Below are positions 60,601-64,000 of a stretch of DNA of 64,000 bases, piece after piece. The position numbers were made by a program, and so were the translations under genes. Origin of the DNA: Macrostomum lignano (lineage: Eukaryota); contig NIVC01000909.1 of assembly GCA_002269645.1 (NCBI GenBank), forward strand, positions 242,258-306,257, in the 5' to 3' direction. Positions within the stretch are counted from its first letter, which is position 1. Each line of letters opens with the position of its first letter. Under the pieces are notes generated by a model that did not search any database, had not been told where the DNA came from, and saw only the letters and a program-made list of their open reading frames with translations.

Positions 60601-61154
60601 GCGTGATAGTCAAGGTGCCTGAGGACTGCCAACACTATATGCGGCCCATCATCCAGCAGCCTGTCCTGCCAGGTACTAGAATCCCTCACGGACGGCTGGC
60701 AAGCTTACAACCAGCAGCTTGCCAACCATCAGTTTGTCAACCATCGCCTACATTTTGTGGACCCAAAATGACCCGACCCTGCATATGAACACCAAAGAGG
60801 GCACATGGGCTCATTGCAAGGCCAAGTTCCGGTGGCTTAAGGGGACTTCGGGTAAGCTCTTCGGGCCGTATTCAGGAGTTCATGTGGCGGCGTGCGCATG
60901 GAGATCCGGAAGCAGCATTTGCCAACAATGTGTACTGGATCCGTCATTATTACTAGTAACGATTGATTCGTAACTATAGATATAAACTAATAACTCATTT
61001 TCTGGTTTACAGTTACGTTTATTGTTATAAGCAAGCCAACAAAAGTTTTACATGTTACAACAGTTCCTTGCACTCCCAAGAATTGCAAATAAAATTAAAA
61101 TTATTTGTTTAGCTAAATTCAAATGAAAAATAATTTCGCGAACGAAACTGCACT
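57608..61154 (+). mobile_element. Merlin (IS1016-related) DNA transposon, ~3.5 kb, bounded by ~280-bp inverted arms
   Basis: AGTGCAGTTTCGTTCGC.. at 57608 and ..GCGAACGAAACTGCACT at 61154; the arms stay alignable for ~280 bp; transposase relic inside; no TSD found. Confidence 0.75.
60140..60956 (+). pseudogene. Frameshifted Merlin/ISXO2-like DDE transposase
   Basis: NIRKG, TVEIYESKF, WVLGMVER, PIIQQ.VLPGT, VNH..HFVDP and EFMWRR motifs spread over several frames. Confidence 0.82.
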
Positions 61155-62604
61155 CCCCCGTGTTTGTGAGGTGGGAGCGGAGAAAAAAAATTTAAATCGG
61201 CCGGTTGCGTTCGCACGAATAAATCCGGAAAATTGCGCAGACGAATCACAACGAATTTTTTTCTCCTGTTCCCGTTTAATTACTCCGACTGCCGGGGTCC
61301 TCCAATTCCAGGGGGAGGGTAGTTGTAATCGTAGGCGATCAGTTTTTAGCAGCACGGTCGTTTAAATGGTAGACACCGAAGTTTCTGACACCGTTATATT
61401 TTGATGCACATCGATTTGCGAGGCTGATTGCTATCAGTAGGGTAGAGAGAGCTGCCACCACCGTAATTCTCGTATTACGGAACGAATAAGTCTCAGAGCT
61501 TTCTTTGAGATGAGAACTTGGTTGTTTTAGGTCCCATGGACAAATAACTCAAAATAGGCTATGGCTTAGCGTCAACGAATAAATAATTAGCGTAAAATTA
61601 ACTTATTAATTATTAATTTTGGTTAAATTAACTAGTAGGTGACTAAATGTCCGATAATGAGCAGCAGGTAGGTTAGGGTAAATTACATTTGTCGACCAAG
61701 ATTAATTTGCAGCGGCACCGGGGTGCTAGTTACAAAGAAAACTAAACTAAATTAATAAAACTTGCAGTTGGCTAATTAAGCTTGGTTATTAAACGAAACA
61801 GTCACAAATTTAACGCTAAACGAGCGGGAGAAAACTTAGAGCGGAGGAGGGGAGGCGGAGGGCAAGAGTAATGAAAAAGACCGGGCTCAGAACAGCGGTT
61901 TAAATAATACAGAGAAACTGTTCGAACGCTGGGGACATGCACTGGGCTGAGCAATGGCAACAAAAATTAACGGGGTGGACAAGGCGCAAATACGTTATTA
62001 CAGCGCACAGAAAAACAAAAGTTCCAAAAAAGGGATAGCAAATACCAGAAAAGGGAAGAAAAAAGTCCATGGAAAGCAAAGGGAATTAAACATTTAAAGG
62101 ACGAGTGACACGAATAATGACAGCGAATGGAAAAATGAAAAAAAAATCGCATGCAATTAATGAAAAATTTAGTTAAACGAGAGATATAGCAAAGTCAGTA
62201 TGGCATTTCGCCTGCCACATTTGCTTAAAATGTAGAAGACAGCACGACTACAGTTATTTATTTACACTATGGTAGCATGCTGGTTGCTGTCTCAGCTTGC
62301 TCGTTTATTGATAAATTATTGTTACTATTTTAACTAAGCTAATTACTAACTTTTCTAGCGCCATTAAATGTATTCATGTTTTAGTAGATTTAGACATTTT
62401 AGTAGATGTTCAATATTCATTGTACCATGACCTTTGTGCCCGCCGGCCGCCGGCGCCGGGCACTTATTCTTGCCTTTTAATGCCATATACTACATTTAAG
62501 CCCGCTTGTGGGAAAGAAATATCGAACAAACTGTCTATGTCAAACTTAATTTAATGCAAATTAGCAGGCAGTTAATGACATTCACTCGCCCTTGGATGTA
62601 CTCG

Positions 62605-62970
62605 AAGCAGGCGATAGGTCCAAGCTCAACAAAGTTGGGATTCCTAATCAGAGACAGACCCCACTTGGCCAGCAGAAAACGATGAATAGCAGCCCTCATG
62701 CAAACTAGTGTGCTGCAACTATAGGCGGAGCTGTCAGCTTTCTATACAATAGAAAACCAGACTCAGAGTCTTAGGTAGGCCTACTGGCATAAATACCTTG
62801 ATGGCATAGTCTCTATGTCAGTGGAAAGACCTCTTTCACTCAGAAAAGCCTTCAGTCTTCCAGAGTAGGCATCTATCTGCTTCTCTATTGATTGTACAAC
62901 AGCAGCCTTCTCCAGATTAGTTATCTCTTGGAGGTCTATCTTGTCTAATTCAGGAAACTCATGTTTAGAA
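62605..62970 (-). pseudogene. Crypton-like (tyrosine-recombinase transposon) N-terminal fragment with three in-frame stops
   Basis: LKAFLSERGLSTDIETMP..WFSIV*KADSSAYSCSTLVCMRAAIHRFL..LIRNPNF fits the Crypton/DUF3504-associated pattern F..vRKxDGxxYxxxSLxxxRAAIxRxL..IIxDxxF. Confidence 0.6.
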
Positions 62971-64000
62971 GGAACTCGTTGATGCGTCTTGAGTCAACCA
63001 ATAGAAGTTCATCGTATTATGAGACAGCCGATTCATGACTGCGTCTAGTAAATTGACGAGTTACAAATACAAATTCTAATTCATCAGCATTCAATCCACT
63101 TATCTCGCCCTCTGTGATATTGCTATAGTTGATCATGCTTTTAGATCTAGTTTGTCTTAGTCAAACTGTATACAGTCTGTGGTATGATAAGTCTAATCTC
63201 TTCTCTTCTCTTCTTAAGTTAGTACTGTACTATAGCTAAAAATCTTATTTGGTATTTTGTCTATGGCTTTTGGTGGGGGCTTTGCCACCTTTTCTACTCA
63301 CATTTTCTGTCTACCTTTGTCAAGGGCACAAATTTCTATGGCATAATAATAGTAATATCCATGCTTTAAGGGCATTAATAGGAAAGTCAGAGGGCACCGT
63401 AGGCCATAGGCGCCCTCTGATTTTCCCATTAATGCCCTTAAAGTATAGATATTAATGTATTATTCTTAGACCATTGCTTATTTTATTCTAAGAAGTATTG
63501 AAACTTGGGAATCAAAGATTCATGCAGAGAGTACTAAGAGTAATTGTTATAACCCTTTAATCCTGGTAATGCCTTAGAGACTAGAAAGAATACATGTACC
63601 TTCAGACTGCTCAGTCAATAATATATAAATGCTATCAGAAGGCTATCAGAACACCACTAGAAAGCTACTATAAAACACTACTAGAATGCTACCAGAAAGT
63701 TACTAGAATTAAGCTACTAGAAAGAGTAGGAATTAATAGAATAAGATTATATATAATTAGAGAGGAAAGATGCCTAGCTATGACAACTTGGTGGTATTGG
63801 CATAACAGTTGGATTTATAAAGTAAGAGCAAAAACAACTAGTACACATACCAATTTTATGCATTTCTTACAAATAAAAATGCAAAACTAATTAGAAAAAC
63901 TTTGAAGGCAATGCCCTCTCATAAAGTATTGGTTGTACTATAAATTTCCTATGTTATAAATAAAGTATAGTCAAACTAGCTTTGCTCTCAGCTGTAGTGG

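Noticed and set aside
62436-62463. GC-rich hairpin resembling a Helitron 3' end
   Set aside because: No CTRR terminus at the expected distance on either strand.

Overview
Eukaryotic (metazoan) genomic DNA, not prokaryotic: spliced genes, introns filled with minisatellites, and many nested transposons. The style suggests a free-living flatworm such as Macrostomum lignano; this is an inference and was not verified. Six host genes were reconstructed by hand from splice sites and reading-frame phase: EIF3M (5' exon not found), intronless CCDC12/Cwf18, a 3-domain GPI-anchored Ly6/uPAR-like protein, an EGR/Krox zinc-finger factor, an ankyrin-repeat + MAP3K-like kinase with a 1-nt frameshift, and a complete vasopressin/oxytocin-type preprohormone with an atypical nonapeptide (CFMENCAPG-amide) and a 14-Cys neurophysin. 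A possible talin-type I/LWEQ ORF is also present. Mobile DNA includes hAT/MITEs with target-site duplications (TSDs), LOA/R1-like and I-group LINEs, two Gypsy(Mag)-like relics, two CORE-type tRNA SINEs, a Merlin transposon and a Crypton relic. About 20 tandem arrays are present, including an 8-kb 23-mer array, and many of their units resemble splice sites (for example CTAACAG|GTGAGT). All homology calls are by-eye motif recognition with no database searches, and repeat boundaries are approximate.
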